Positions 27,998-36,984 of a stretch of 64,000 nt of DNA are shown here, in pieces. Below the pieces are notes generated by a model. It saw nothing but the letters and a program-made list of their open reading frames with translations, did not search any database and had not been told where the DNA came from. Each line of letters opens with the position of its first letter. The stretch's first letter is position 1. The position numbers and the translations under genes are program-made. This stretch comes from Thermoanaerobaculia bacterium (GTDB lineage: Bacteria; Acidobacteriota; Thermoanaerobaculia; Multivoradales; Multivoraceae), in assembly GCA_963664405.1 (NCBI GenBank), contig OY761158.1, positions 5,248,001-5,312,000 on the forward strand, read 5' to 3'.

Positions 27998-29895
27998 GCG
28001 CCGACACCCTTCCCCGGCTTCTCGTAGAGCAGGCACAGGAGCGTCGTACCCAGGTGGCGCTGCGCGAAAAGGAGTACGGCATCTGGGAGACCTTCACCTG
28101 GGAGCAGTACCTGGAGCGGGTGCAGAATTTCAGTCTCGGGATGCTCTCTCTGGGGCTGGTGGCGGGGGACAAGGTGGCGATCGTCGGCGACAATCGCCCC
28201 GAGTGGGTGATTGCCGAGCTCGCCGCCCAATCAGTGGGCGGAGTGTCGATGGGTGTCTATCAAGACTGCGTGGCCAGCGAGGTGGAGTACCTGGTTCACT
28301 TTGCCGATGCCGTATTCGTGGTGGCGGAGGATCAAGAGCAGGTCGACAAGATTCTCGAGGTGCGCGAGGGCCTGCCGCGGGTGCGTAAGGTCATCTACTA
28401 CGATCCGCGAGGGCTGCGTGGCTACGATCCGGATCTGCTCCTTGCCTTCGAGGAGGTCGAAGAGCTTGGTCGGAAGCGTGCCAGGGAGAAGCCCGGCGAG
28501 TTTAAGGAGTGCGTCGAGAGGACTCGCTCCCAGGACGTTGCGATCCTGGCCTCTACGTCCGGCACCACCGGCACTCCCAAGCTTGCCATGCTCACCCACG
28601 CCAATCTGATCACCATGGCGGAGAAGATCCAGAGTGTCGACCCTGCCGAGCCGGGCGACGACTTTCTGTCCTTTCTGCCGCTGCCGTGGATCGGTGAGCA
28701 GATGATCTCAGTGGCCTTTTCTCTCCTCGTCGGGTTCCCGGTCGATTTTCCTGAAGAGCCCGAAACCGTACAAGAGAATCTGCGCGAGATCGGGCCGCGC
28801 ATGCTGTTCGCACCCCCTCGGATCTGGGAGAACATGCTCTCCGACGTCCAAGTCAAAGTCGAAGATAGCTCGCGTTTGAAACGAGGGGTTTACGACTGGG
28901 CGATTGGGGTGGGCTACCGCAGCGCCGATCTACGCTTGCGCAGCGAGGCGGTGCCGACGATGCTCAGGCTGCGTCGCCGAGTGGCGGAGCTGGTTTGTTT
29001 TCTGTGGATCAAGGACAAGCTCGGCCTGCGACGCCTCAAGCATGCCTATACCGGCGGCGCTGCGCTGGGGCCTGACATCATCCGTTTCTTTCATGCCCTG
29101 GGCGTGAACTTGAAACAGATTTATGGGCAGACCGAAGTGTCAGGGATCTCGGTCATTCACCGCGACGGTGATATCAAGTTTCAGACGGTGGGCCTTCCGG
29201 TACCGGACACTGAGGTCCGGGTCGACGACAGTGGCGAGATTCTGACTCGGAGCTCCGCGGTCTTCGTCGGCTACTACAAGAACTCCGAGGCGACCGAAGA
29301 GACCCTCGTCGACGGCTGGCTGCATACCGGCGACGCCGGCTACCTGGATGAGGACGGCCATCTCATTGTCATCGATCGGGCCAAGGATGTGATGACGTTG
29401 GCCGACGGCACCAGGTTCTCGCCTCAGTTCATCGAGAACAAGCTCAAGTTCAGCCCCTATATCCGAGAGGCAGTGGTCTTCGGAGGCGATGGGCCTTACG
29501 TGACGTCGATGATCACGATCGACTACGCCAATACCGGGAAGTGGGCCGAGAAGGGGCAGATTCCGTACACCACCTTCACCGATCTGGCCCAGAAGGACGA
29601 AGTCTACGAGCTCGTCGGAGAGCATCTCTCGAGGATGAACGAGGATCTGCCGGAGGCGGCGAGGATTCAGCGTTTCGTTCTCCTCCACAAAGAGCTCGAT
29701 GCCGACGATGCCGAGCTCACCCGCACTCGCAAGGTCCGGCGCCGTTTCGTCGCCGAGCGCTATGAGGAGATCATCAAGGCTCTCTACGGGAGTGAGTCAG
29801 CGGTCGCGGTGGAAACGGTGATCTCCTACCAGGACGGGCGCACGGCCACCACCCGTACCGAGCTTCGTATCGAGGGGACGGGAGCCCCCTCTTAG
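27994..29895 (+). CDS. Long-chain acyl-CoA synthetase (AMP-binding)
   Basis: TSGTTGTPK, YGQTE, WLHTGDAG, IDRAKD, ELTRTRKVRR. Confidence 0.92.
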   Translation: MSADTLPRLLVEQAQERRTQVALREKEYGIWETFTWEQYLERVQNFSLGMLSLGLVAGDKVAIVGDNRPEWVIAELAAQSVGGVSMGVYQDCVASEVEYLVHFADAVFVVAEDQEQVDKILEVREGLPRVRKVIYYDPRGLRGYDPDLLLAFEEVEELGRKRAREKPGEFKECVERTRSQDVAILASTSGTTGTPKLAMLTHANLITMAEKIQSVDPAEPGDDFLSFLPLPWIGEQMISVAFSLLVGFPVDFPEEPETVQENLREIGPRMLFAPPRIWENMLSDVQVKVEDSSRLKRGVYDWAIGVGYRSADLRLRSEAVPTMLRLRRRVAELVCFLWIKDKLGLRRLKHAYTGGAALGPDIIRFFHALGVNLKQIYGQTEVSGISVIHRDGDIKFQTVGLPVPDTEVRVDDSGEILTRSSAVFVGYYKNSEATEETLVDGWLHTGDAGYLDEDGHLIVIDRAKDVMTLADGTRFSPQFIENKLKFSPYIREAVVFGGDGPYVTSMITIDYANTGKWAEKGQIPYTTFTDLAQKDEVYELVGEHLSRMNEDLPEAARIQRFVLLHKELDADDAELTRTRKVRRRFVAERYEEIIKALYGSESAVAVETVISYQDGRTATTRTELRIEGTGAPS

Positions 29896-29897
29896 AT

Positions 29898-30770
29898 ATG
29901 GAAGTTTTCCTCCAGTTGACGTTCACCGGCATCTCGAACGGCATGGTCTACGCGTTGGTGGCGGTCGGTTTCGTCATCATCTATAAAGCCTCCGACGTCA
30001 TCAACTTCGCGCAGGCGGAGTTTCTTCTCTTCGGCGCCTACCTCGCATTCGCTCTCATCGGCCAGCTCGGCCTTCCGTGGAGTGTGGGTGTTGCGGTGAC
30101 TCTGCTGGTGGCGGTGGCCCTCGGCCTGCTGGTCGAGCGTCTCGTGCTCCGCCCTCTCATCGGTGAGCCCATCATCTCGATGATCATGGTCACTATAGGC
30201 TTATCGAGTGTGCTCAAGGCGGTGGTCCATGGGGTCTGGGGAGCCCGGCCGCGCGCGTTTCCGTCTTTCATCCCTACGACTCGGATCGAGGTAGCCGGGG
30301 TGAGTGTCGGAGCCGATCGGTTGATCACGATCGGCCTTGCCGCGCTTCTTCTTCTGCTGCTTACTCTCTTCTTTCGCTATACCCGCGACGGCATTGCGAT
30401 GCGCGCGATCGCCGACGACCAGCAAGCGGCGCTGTCGATGGGAATCAGCATCAAGAGAGTTCTGGCGGTCGCCTGGGCGATGGCAGCGATGTCGGCGGCG
30501 GTGGCCGGCATCATCCTGGCCAATCTGGTCGGGGTCAGTCACGACATCAGCTCGGTGGGCCTGCGGGTCTTCCCAGTGGTTATTCTCGGCGGTCTCGACT
30601 CGGTGTCCGGAGCGATTGTCGGCGGCGCCATCATTGGGCTCCTGGAGTCCTACACCGGTGGTTACGTCGGCCACGGGCTCAACCTCATCGTCCCCTTTCT
30701 GGTTCTCATCCTGGTGCTGATGGTGCGTCCTTACGGACTCTTCGGCAAAGAGATCATCGAAAGAGTGTGA
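29898..30770 (+). CDS. Liv-type ABC permease (LivH-like)
   Basis: YALVAVG...VINFAQ, GIAMRA, VVILGGLDS, RPYGLFG. Confidence 0.92.
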   Translation: MEVFLQLTFTGISNGMVYALVAVGFVIIYKASDVINFAQAEFLLFGAYLAFALIGQLGLPWSVGVAVTLLVAVALGLLVERLVLRPLIGEPIISMIMVTIGLSSVLKAVVHGVWGARPRAFPSFIPTTRIEVAGVSVGADRLITIGLAALLLLLLTLFFRYTRDGIAMRAIADDQQAALSMGISIKRVLAVAWAMAAMSAAVAGIILANLVGVSHDISSVGLRVFPVVILGGLDSVSGAIVGGAIIGLLESYTGGYVGHGLNLIVPFLVLILVLMVRPYGLFGKEIIERV

Positions 30771-30776
30771 TCGCGG

Positions 30777-31820
30777 ATGGAATCAGGCACTTTCTTCAGC
30801 GACTATCGCTCGGATATGGCGCTACGGCGTATGCCTCTGGAGAAGCTAAGGCTCTTGCTCTTCGCCATCGCTCTGGTGATCTTCCCCTTTCTCGCCAACT
30901 CTTACTGGCTCAACCTCGCCAATCAGATCGCGATCTTCACCATCGGAGCTCTCGGCCTCAACATTCTGGTCGGCTACACCGGCCAGATCTCGTTAGGACA
31001 GGGAGCCTTCATGGCGGTTGGCGCCTATTCCAGCGGGATCCTCACCGTTCGCCTCGGTGTTCCCTTCTGGGCGAGCATCGTCATCGCCAGTTTCCTCACC
31101 GCCGCCGTCGGCTTGCTTTTTGGCCTGCCTTCACTGCGGCTCAAAGGCCTCTATCTGGCGATCGCGACTCTCGCCGCCCAACAGATCGTCGAGTGGGTGG
31201 TCACCCACTGGACCGCGCTGACAGGGGGTACCGAGGCCCTGGTCTTGCCGGCCCCAACACTCTTCGGCGAGCGTCTGAACACCGACTTCCGCTTCTACTG
31301 GATCGGCGTCTTGATCGCCTCTGGGAGCGCCCTGTTCGTGGCCAATCTCTTTCGCTCACGGGTGGGCCGGGCCTTCGTCGCCATCCGCGACCAGGACATT
31401 GCCGCCAGCGCCCTCGGCGTCAACGTCTTTCGCTACAAGCTGCTCAGCTTCGCGACTTCGTCGTTCTTTGTCGGCCTTGCTGGAGCGCTGGTCGCCCACT
31501 ACCGGACCATCGTCACCTGGGAGCGCTTTACTATCGAGACCTCGATTCTCTACCTGGCGATGATCATCATCGGCGGCCTGGGGACGATCAGCGGGTGCTT
31601 TTTCGGGGCCGCGTTCATGGTCCTGCTGCCGGCGACGATCAACACGGTCGGTAGGAGCCTGCAGTCGTCGGCGCCAGCGGTGGCGGCTATTCTGCCTTCA
31701 GTGCAGCTAGGCGTTTTCGGGCTGGTAATCATCCTCTTTCTGGTTCTCGAGCCCGAGGGCCTGGCCAAGCTCTGGCGCAACGTCAAGGACTACTTCCGGG
31801 TCTGGCCTTTTTCTTACTGA
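30777..31820 (+). CDS. Liv-type ABC permease (LivM-like)
   Basis: GYTGQISLG, RLKGLYLAIATL, GRAFVAIRD, IIGGLG, EPEGL. Confidence 0.92.
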   Translation: MESGTFFSDYRSDMALRRMPLEKLRLLLFAIALVIFPFLANSYWLNLANQIAIFTIGALGLNILVGYTGQISLGQGAFMAVGAYSSGILTVRLGVPFWASIVIASFLTAAVGLLFGLPSLRLKGLYLAIATLAAQQIVEWVVTHWTALTGGTEALVLPAPTLFGERLNTDFRFYWIGVLIASGSALFVANLFRSRVGRAFVAIRDQDIAASALGVNVFRYKLLSFATSSFFVGLAGALVAHYRTIVTWERFTIETSILYLAMIIIGGLGTISGCFFGAAFMVLLPATINTVGRSLQSSAPAVAAILPSVQLGVFGLVIILFLVLEPEGLAKLWRNVKDYFRVWPFSY

Positions 31821-31854
31821 ATTCTGGGGTGGGGGTACCACCCCAGAATTCAGT
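31816..31854. repeat. Perfect 17-bp inverted repeat overlapping the livM-like stop; start of the repeat array that the IS split
   Basis: ACTGAATTCTGGGGTGG-GGGTA-CCACCCCAGAATTCAGT. Confidence 0.9.
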
Positions 31855-31872
31855 CGCACATGGTGTTACCGG

Positions 31873-32229
31873 CTACGAGAAAGCGCACTTAGTTGGCTGC
31901 GAGTCGGTTTTTTGTCCCCGCGAGGCGTGACTCAGGGTGTGGCGCAGATAGTCGAGGTACCCCTCGGGGGGTGGCGTCGTGGGGAGTTCTCGGAGGATGG
32001 GGAGAAAGTAGGCGAGGGATCGGATGGGCTGGAGCTTTGGTAGGCGCGGATCTCGGCATGCGCGTCGGGCGGAGCCGAGGAGGAGGGCGGCCTGGAGGAC
32101 GGTGAGAGGCAGGTCTTGGTCGAAGAGCTGGTCGACGATGACGCGGTCGCCGTGGTGGAAGCGGTGCGGGGTGTCGGGAAGGAGTCGATAGAGGCGGAGG
32201 AGCTGGCGCCGATAGTGGCTTCGGGTCAT
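31873..32229 (-). CDS. IS-encoded hypothetical protein downstream of istB
   Basis: ATG overlaps the istB stop (ATGA); helical protein with IRSLAYFLP motif; ends inside the terminal IR. Confidence 0.7.
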   Translation of the reverse strand: MTRSHYRRQLLRLYRLLPDTPHRFHHGDRVIVDQLFDQDLPLTVLQAALLLGSARRACRDPRLPKLQPIRSLAYFLPILRELPTTPPPEGYLDYLRHTLSHASRGQKTDSQPTKCAFS

Positions 32230-33020
32230 GAGCGTCGTCGTGCTGCGCTCCGCCTTTTGGCGCGGTCCTTGGCCTTTTTTTCAGCAGCCTCCTTGGCCTC
32301 CTTGCGGCGATAGGAGTTAGCCTCGATCTTGACGATCTCGGCGTGGTGGGTGAGTCGATCGACGAGAGTGACGACGCAGGAGGCGTTGGGAAAGACCTCG
32401 GCCCATTCGGCGAAGGGCTTGTTGGTGGTGAGAAGAATGGGCTTGTTGCCGTATCTCCTGGAGACGACCTCGAAGAGGAGATCCGCGTGGCGGTGGTCGT
32501 AGGAGAGATAGCCGAGCTCATCGATTGCCAAAAGCGAGGGTCGGGTGTATTTGGAGAGCCTTCTCTGGAGCGCCGAGGGGGTTTCCTGGACGGCGAGATC
32601 GTTGAGCATGTCGGAGGCGGTGACGAAGCTGGCGGTGGCCCCTCGTTGCAGCGCCTGGTAGAGGAGGTTCTTGGCAATCATGGTCTTGCCGACACCGTTG
32701 GGTCCGAGGAGGATGACGTTGGTGATGTCGTCGAGGAATTGGAGGGTGAGCAGATCCTGGATCTGCTCGCGGTCGATGCGCTGGGGCCAGGAGAAGTCGA
32801 AGTCGGCGATGCTCTTGAAGAGCCCGACGCGGCTGGTGCGGATGCGCCGTTCGAGGCTGCGCCGTTTGCGCTCGGCCTCTTCTTTGCGCAGCAGCTGTTC
32901 GAGCCAGGGCTGTTCTCGGTAGGTGCCCCAGTCGTCGACGAGGGCGTAGAAGCCGAGGGATCGGGCGAGCTCTCGTAGTGGTTCGTCAGGGATCGTTGGA
33001 CTCTTCCTGGGTCGGGCCAT
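32226..33020 (-). CDS. istB: IS21 helper ATPase IstB
   Basis: DFDFSW, GPNGVGKT Walker A, LLAIDELGY Walker B, TTNKPF.EW, DRLTHH. Confidence 0.95.
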   Translation of the reverse strand: MARPRKSPTIPDEPLRELARSLGFYALVDDWGTYREQPWLEQLLRKEEAERKRRSLERRIRTSRVGLFKSIADFDFSWPQRIDREQIQDLLTLQFLDDITNVILLGPNGVGKTMIAKNLLYQALQRGATASFVTASDMLNDLAVQETPSALQRRLSKYTRPSLLAIDELGYLSYDHRHADLLFEVVSRRYGNKPILLTTNKPFAEWAEVFPNASCVVTLVDRLTHHAEIVKIEANSYRRKEAKEAAEKKAKDRAKRRSAARRRS

Positions 33021-34494
33021 CGTCGTTGCCTCCAAGTTGGTCGTAGTCCTCGAGGTTGTGCGGTCTCACGGAGAGATCTCGCTGTTGGAGCTCCTGGCTG
33101 AGCGGCACCGGTAAAGCCGGGGGCTGACCGAGGCCGCGCTGGTGCCGTTCGAGTAGGAGCCGGACGGACTGGAATCGCGGTGCGTGGTTCAGGAGCGCTT
33201 CGCGCACGGCTTTGTCGAGTCGCTGGGGGCCGTACTGGCGCAGGAGTCGGAGCAGGCCGGCGGTCTGCGTTCCGAGGTTCTCGCCTCGCTCGGCGAGCTG
33301 CTGCATCAGCTCTTCGCATCGAGGCACAGCGGAAAACAGCCGATGGAAGCCCCGGTGTCGTCGGGCCCTGCGTTTGTGAGCGAGGAGCTCCTCGAGGTGT
33401 TGAGGATCGAGGATCTGCTCGCCCCGGGAGTACGAGCGAGGGTGCTCGGCGAGGAGCTCCTGGCCATCGAGGATCCGCACCCGATGCTCGCTGGCGAGGA
33501 GCGTGACGGTCCTCTGCACATGACTGTGCGGCACCGAGTAGTCGTTGAGGTCGAAGCGCACGATCGGCGTCTTTCTGACCTTGATCTCCAGTCGCAGGTC
33601 GGTTTCGAAGTCGTCTCCGGGAAGCTCAAGCAGTCGAGGTCGTTCCTGGGCCAGGGCGCTTTTCACGGTTCGCTGTCGGTCCTGCGGCCAGGGTCTGCGC
33701 TGCGACCTCTGGCACCATTCCAGGACCTGCCGATTCAGACGATCCAAATCGCTCACCGTTCGGGCGCCGAAGAACGAGCTTCGCAGGAAGCGGATTGCGC
33801 GCTCGACGCGGCCTTTCTCATTTCCCCGAGCCACCGCGGCGACGGTGGGAAGGAAGCCGTAGTGGCTGGCGAAATCGAGCAGCACGGGATGGAAGCGCAC
33901 CGCGGTTCCCTGCCGCTCGATCACCGCGGTTCGCAGGTTGTCGTACAGAACGGTCCTGACGACGCCGTCGACGTAGTGGAAGGCCAGCTGGTGAGCGTGC
34001 AAGAAGGTTTCGAGACGAGTGTCGAGGGTGAAGTGCACGAAGACCGTGCGCGAGAACGACAGCACGAAGACGAAGGCATAGAGCCGACGATGTGCCCGGC
34101 CGACGCGGAGCCGACCGAAGTGGCCCCAGTCGACCTGCGCCTGCTCTCCTGGCAGCATGCGCAGCGAGAGAAACGCCTCGCGCTGGGGCTTCGGTCGCAT
34201 CGAGGCCACCAGGTGGCGAAACTGATCCGGGCCTCCTGGATAGCCGCGCTCCACCACCATGGTGTAGAGACGGCTCGCCGGCAGTCGTGGGTAGGTCCCG
34301 AGCACCTGCTCGATGAACGGCAGGTAAGGATCGATCATCCTCCCTCGTCGCTGCTGGGGTAGCACGCCGGACTTCTCCAGCGCCCGGCGCACGGTTGAGG
34401 GGTGCAGCTGTAGCTGTCGAGCGATCGTGCCGACTTTCCACTTCTCGACCAGGAACAGACGACGGATCTCCCCGCGCAGCTGTGCGTCGATCAC
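32986..34494 (-). CDS. istA: IS21 DDE transposase IstA
   Basis: N-terminal HTH, PGEQAQVDWG, LSFSR, YDN, EKGRVER, FDLNDYSVP; GTG start at 34494. Confidence 0.95.
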   Translation of the reverse strand: MIDAQLRGEIRRLFLVEKWKVGTIARQLQLHPSTVRRALEKSGVLPQQRRGRMIDPYLPFIEQVLGTYPRLPASRLYTMVVERGYPGGPDQFRHLVASMRPKPQREAFLSLRMLPGEQAQVDWGHFGRLRVGRAHRRLYAFVFVLSFSRTVFVHFTLDTRLETFLHAHQLAFHYVDGVVRTVLYDNLRTAVIERQGTAVRFHPVLLDFASHYGFLPTVAAVARGNEKGRVERAIRFLRSSFFGARTVSDLDRLNRQVLEWCQRSQRRPWPQDRQRTVKSALAQERPRLLELPGDDFETDLRLEIKVRKTPIVRFDLNDYSVPHSHVQRTVTLLASEHRVRILDGQELLAEHPRSYSRGEQILDPQHLEELLAHKRRARRHRGFHRLFSAVPRCEELMQQLAERGENLGTQTAGLLRLLRQYGPQRLDKAVREALLNHAPRFQSVRLLLERHQRGLGQPPALPVPLSQELQQRDLSVRPHNLEDYDQLGGNDDGPTQEESNDP

Positions 34495-34498
34495 GCCC

Positions 34499-34894
34499 CT
34501 ATCTCCGTCGGCAACGACGAAAGCTCGTTCGCACAAACTCTCGGCAGGCCTCTCCACACTGCATGCATCGCGGATTCCTCGGGTCGTAGCGCACTTCGCG
34601 CCTCGGAGTCTCGATCCGACACAGTGTCCTCCCCGAAGTACCGCCTGGGGTACCCTGATGCGTCACTTTCTCTGCCCGCTCGCGCTGGCGCCGACGGTAG
34701 CGGGCCTGACGGGCGGCATGACAATGCCGACCTCGGAGGCTTCGCTGGTACCGATGGCCGGCCGCCCGAGTCGATTCCCGACGAGCCACCAGAGCACAAG
34801 CCCGGCAGTAACGCTGGCCACGGTCACAGTGCGAGCACAGCGAGATACGCCGACGGCATCGAGCACAGTCGAAGAGTCGGTAGTCCGGTCGCAT
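34499..34894 (-). CDS. IS-encoded Cys/Arg-rich putative Zn-binding protein upstream of istA
   Basis: GGGAGG RBS; CARC..CSHCDRGQRYCRAC, AARQARYRRR, C-terminal CMQCG; stop 4 nt before the istA start. Confidence 0.75.
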   Translation of the reverse strand: MRPDYRLFDCARCRRRISLCSHCDRGQRYCRACALVARRESTRAAGHRYQRSLRGRHCHAARQARYRRRQRERAEKVTHQGTPGGTSGRTLCRIETPRREVRYDPRNPRCMQCGEACREFVRTSFRRCRRR

Positions 34895-35253
34895 CGTCGC
34901 CTCCCATTCGACGACGACCCCGACTCTCTGCCATACTGCAAGCGCAGCTAATGCTGCGGTTTGGGGCAGAGCCCGGGGCGTTTTCTACTTCGCTTTCCCG
35001 GGCTCTCGCCGTCTCTGGTCGGCCTGCTCTATCAGAGCAGAGCCCGCACTGCAAAGCCCTACACCGACTCACGCATCTCTTCCGACCGCAAACACGCCGC
35101 CGGGACCACGCACCCGGACCGCCGTTCCGGCGGGATGATGTCGCCCTTCCTGAAGAAGGCCTAGCTTTCCCGCGGTCGCGAAGCCCTCAGCTCACTCCAT
35201 CCCGGAAACTGCGCTCGCAGCCAACGGGATGCGCTTTCTCGCAGCCATCAACA

Positions 35254-35702
35254 CATGGCGCCGCGGACGGCGCTGCCGTCCTGCCGGACGGCTCTCAGGC
35301 GTTGTCGGGCGTGCCCCCACCCCCGGATTCAGTAGCACATGGCGCCGCGGACGGCGCTGCCGTCCTGCCGGACGGCTCTCAGGCGTGGGCGGGCGTGCCC
35401 CCACCCCCGGATTCAGTAGCACATGGCGCCGCGGACGGCGCTGCCGTCCTGCCGGACGGCTCTCAGGCGTGGGCGGGCGTGCCCCCACCCCCGGATTCAG
35501 TAGCACATGGCGCCGCGGACAGCGCTGCCGTCCTGCCGGAGGGCTCTCAGGATTGGGCTGGCGTGCCCCCACCCCAGGATTCAGTCGCACATGGCGCCGC
35601 GGACAGCGCTGCCGTCCTGCGGGACGGCTCTCAGGATTGGGCGGGGGGGGGTTGTTCCCCACCCCAGGATGCAGGCCCGCATGGCGCCGCGGACGGCGCT
35701 GC
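35254..35702. repeat. 84-bp palindromic tandem repeat array (REP/BIME-like), about 5.3 units
   Basis: Units start CATGGCGCCGCGG at 35254, 35338, 35422, 35506, 35590 and 35680 (partial); internal hairpins GCGCCG-CGGA-CGGCGC and GCCGTCC-TGCC-GGACGGC. Confidence 0.95.
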
Positions 35703-35755
35703 TGGGTATACTCTGGCGCTTGCTACTGATCGCTCGACCCGAGGAGGATGAGCCC

Positions 35756-36937
35756 ATGCGTGGGACTTTCGTGAGTATTCTCGTTGTCTGCACTTTGGCG
35801 TTGACTCTCGGCTGCGGAGGCGGGGCTACCGAGAACGAAAACACCATCAAGATCGGCGCCATCTTCGATCTGACCGGGCCGACCTCCGACGTTGGCACTA
35901 CGTTCTCCGAGGGGATTCGCGACTTCTTCGAGTGGACCAACGCCCAGGGCGGGATCGAGGGGCGTCCCGTCGAGCTCGTGTTTCAGGACTATGGCTACAA
36001 GGTCGACGTCGCTGAGCAGCTGTACTCCCAGTTCGTGCAGGAGGGAGTGGTGGCCTTCATGGGCTGGGGGACCGGCGACACCGAGGCGCTCCGCGGGCGT
36101 ATTGGCGATGACCAGATGCCCTTCACCTCGGCGTCCTTCTCCCACGTTCTGGGCGATCCGCAGCAGGCTCCCTACAACTTCCTCTTGGGAACCAGTTACA
36201 GCGACCAGTTCGTCATCATTCTCGACTGGATCTTGGAAAATCATCCGGGCCCAGAGGCGCCATCGGTGGCTCTTATGCACGCACCGAATCCTTTCGGACT
36301 TTCACCCTATGAAACGGGGGGAAGAGACTACGCGGCCCGGAAGGGAATCGCGCTCGAGGCTCATGAGATGCCGCGTGGAAGCATGGACTACACCGCCGAG
36401 CTCACCAGGATCCGCCAATCGGGCGCGAACCATGTCGTTTTCCAGAACACCTCCGGTCCGGCCGCTGTCGCGATTCGCAATGCCAGGGACCTGGGCTTCG
36501 AACCGAGTTTTTTCTGCCTCAATTGGTGTACGAATGAAGTGCTTACCGAGTTGGCTGGAGATGCAGCTGAAGGAGTCATGGGCTCAGTCTCGTACTCTCT
36601 GCCGGGTGAGGGCATCGACGGCCTCGACGCCGCGGTGGCTTTCCTCGAGGCGAAGGGCAGCTCGATCGAGGAGAAAGGCCTTCTCTACGGCCAGGGCTGG
36701 ACAATGATGTCGGTCATGTTCGAAGGTATTCGACGTACGGTGGCCGCTGGGCAAGAGCTCAGCGGAGCGAACATCAAAGCGGCCTACGAGTCGATGCGCG
36801 ACTTCGAGACCGGAGGCGTGACCGAGCCGATCACCTTTTCCGCGGAAGAGCACTACAGCATGCGCAGTATGCGCATCTACAAAGTTGAGAGCGGAAAGTG
36901 GCAGCAGATGACGGATCTTCGATCCACCGATTGGTAG
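35756..36937 (+). CDS. Liv-type ABC substrate-binding lipoprotein
   Basis: GAGGAG RBS, LTLGC lipobox, IKIGAIFDLTGPT, GGIEGRPVEL, DYGYK. Confidence 0.9.
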   Translation: MRGTFVSILVVCTLALTLGCGGGATENENTIKIGAIFDLTGPTSDVGTTFSEGIRDFFEWTNAQGGIEGRPVELVFQDYGYKVDVAEQLYSQFVQEGVVAFMGWGTGDTEALRGRIGDDQMPFTSASFSHVLGDPQQAPYNFLLGTSYSDQFVIILDWILENHPGPEAPSVALMHAPNPFGLSPYETGGRDYAARKGIALEAHEMPRGSMDYTAELTRIRQSGANHVVFQNTSGPAAVAIRNARDLGFEPSFFCLNWCTNEVLTELAGDAAEGVMGSVSYSLPGEGIDGLDAAVAFLEAKGSSIEEKGLLYGQGWTMMSVMFEGIRRTVAAGQELSGANIKAAYESMRDFETGGVTEPITFSAEEHYSMRSMRIYKVESGKWQQMTDLRSTDW

Positions 36938-36984
36938 CCGAGAGTCAAGGCTTCCGATCGCTCGTCCGCCCCGCACTTGCTCCG

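Larger units (their letters stand above)
31864..35253 (-). mobile_element. IS21-family element, 3390 bp, four ORFs, 5-bp TSD CATGG
   Basis: TG...CA ends; 40-bp terminal IRs match at 32/40 (TGTTACCGGCTACGAGAAAGCGCA.. vs TGTTGATGGCTGCGAGAAAGCGCA..); internal GGCTRCGAG repeats 24 bp apart at both ends; CATGG at 31859-31863 and 35254-35258. Confidence 0.95.

Noticed and set aside
35254-35702. CRISPR array
   Set aside because: Units are near-identical over their whole 84 bp with no unique spacers, and no cas genes are in the window.
34624-35751. Long ORFs with 28-aa repeats (34624-35751, 35192-35662, 35229-35729) and the 5' extension of the SBP from 35507
   Set aside because: Open frames arise from a GC-rich repeat whose length is a multiple of 3, and some cross the IS boundary; the SBP has its own RBS and ATG at 35756.
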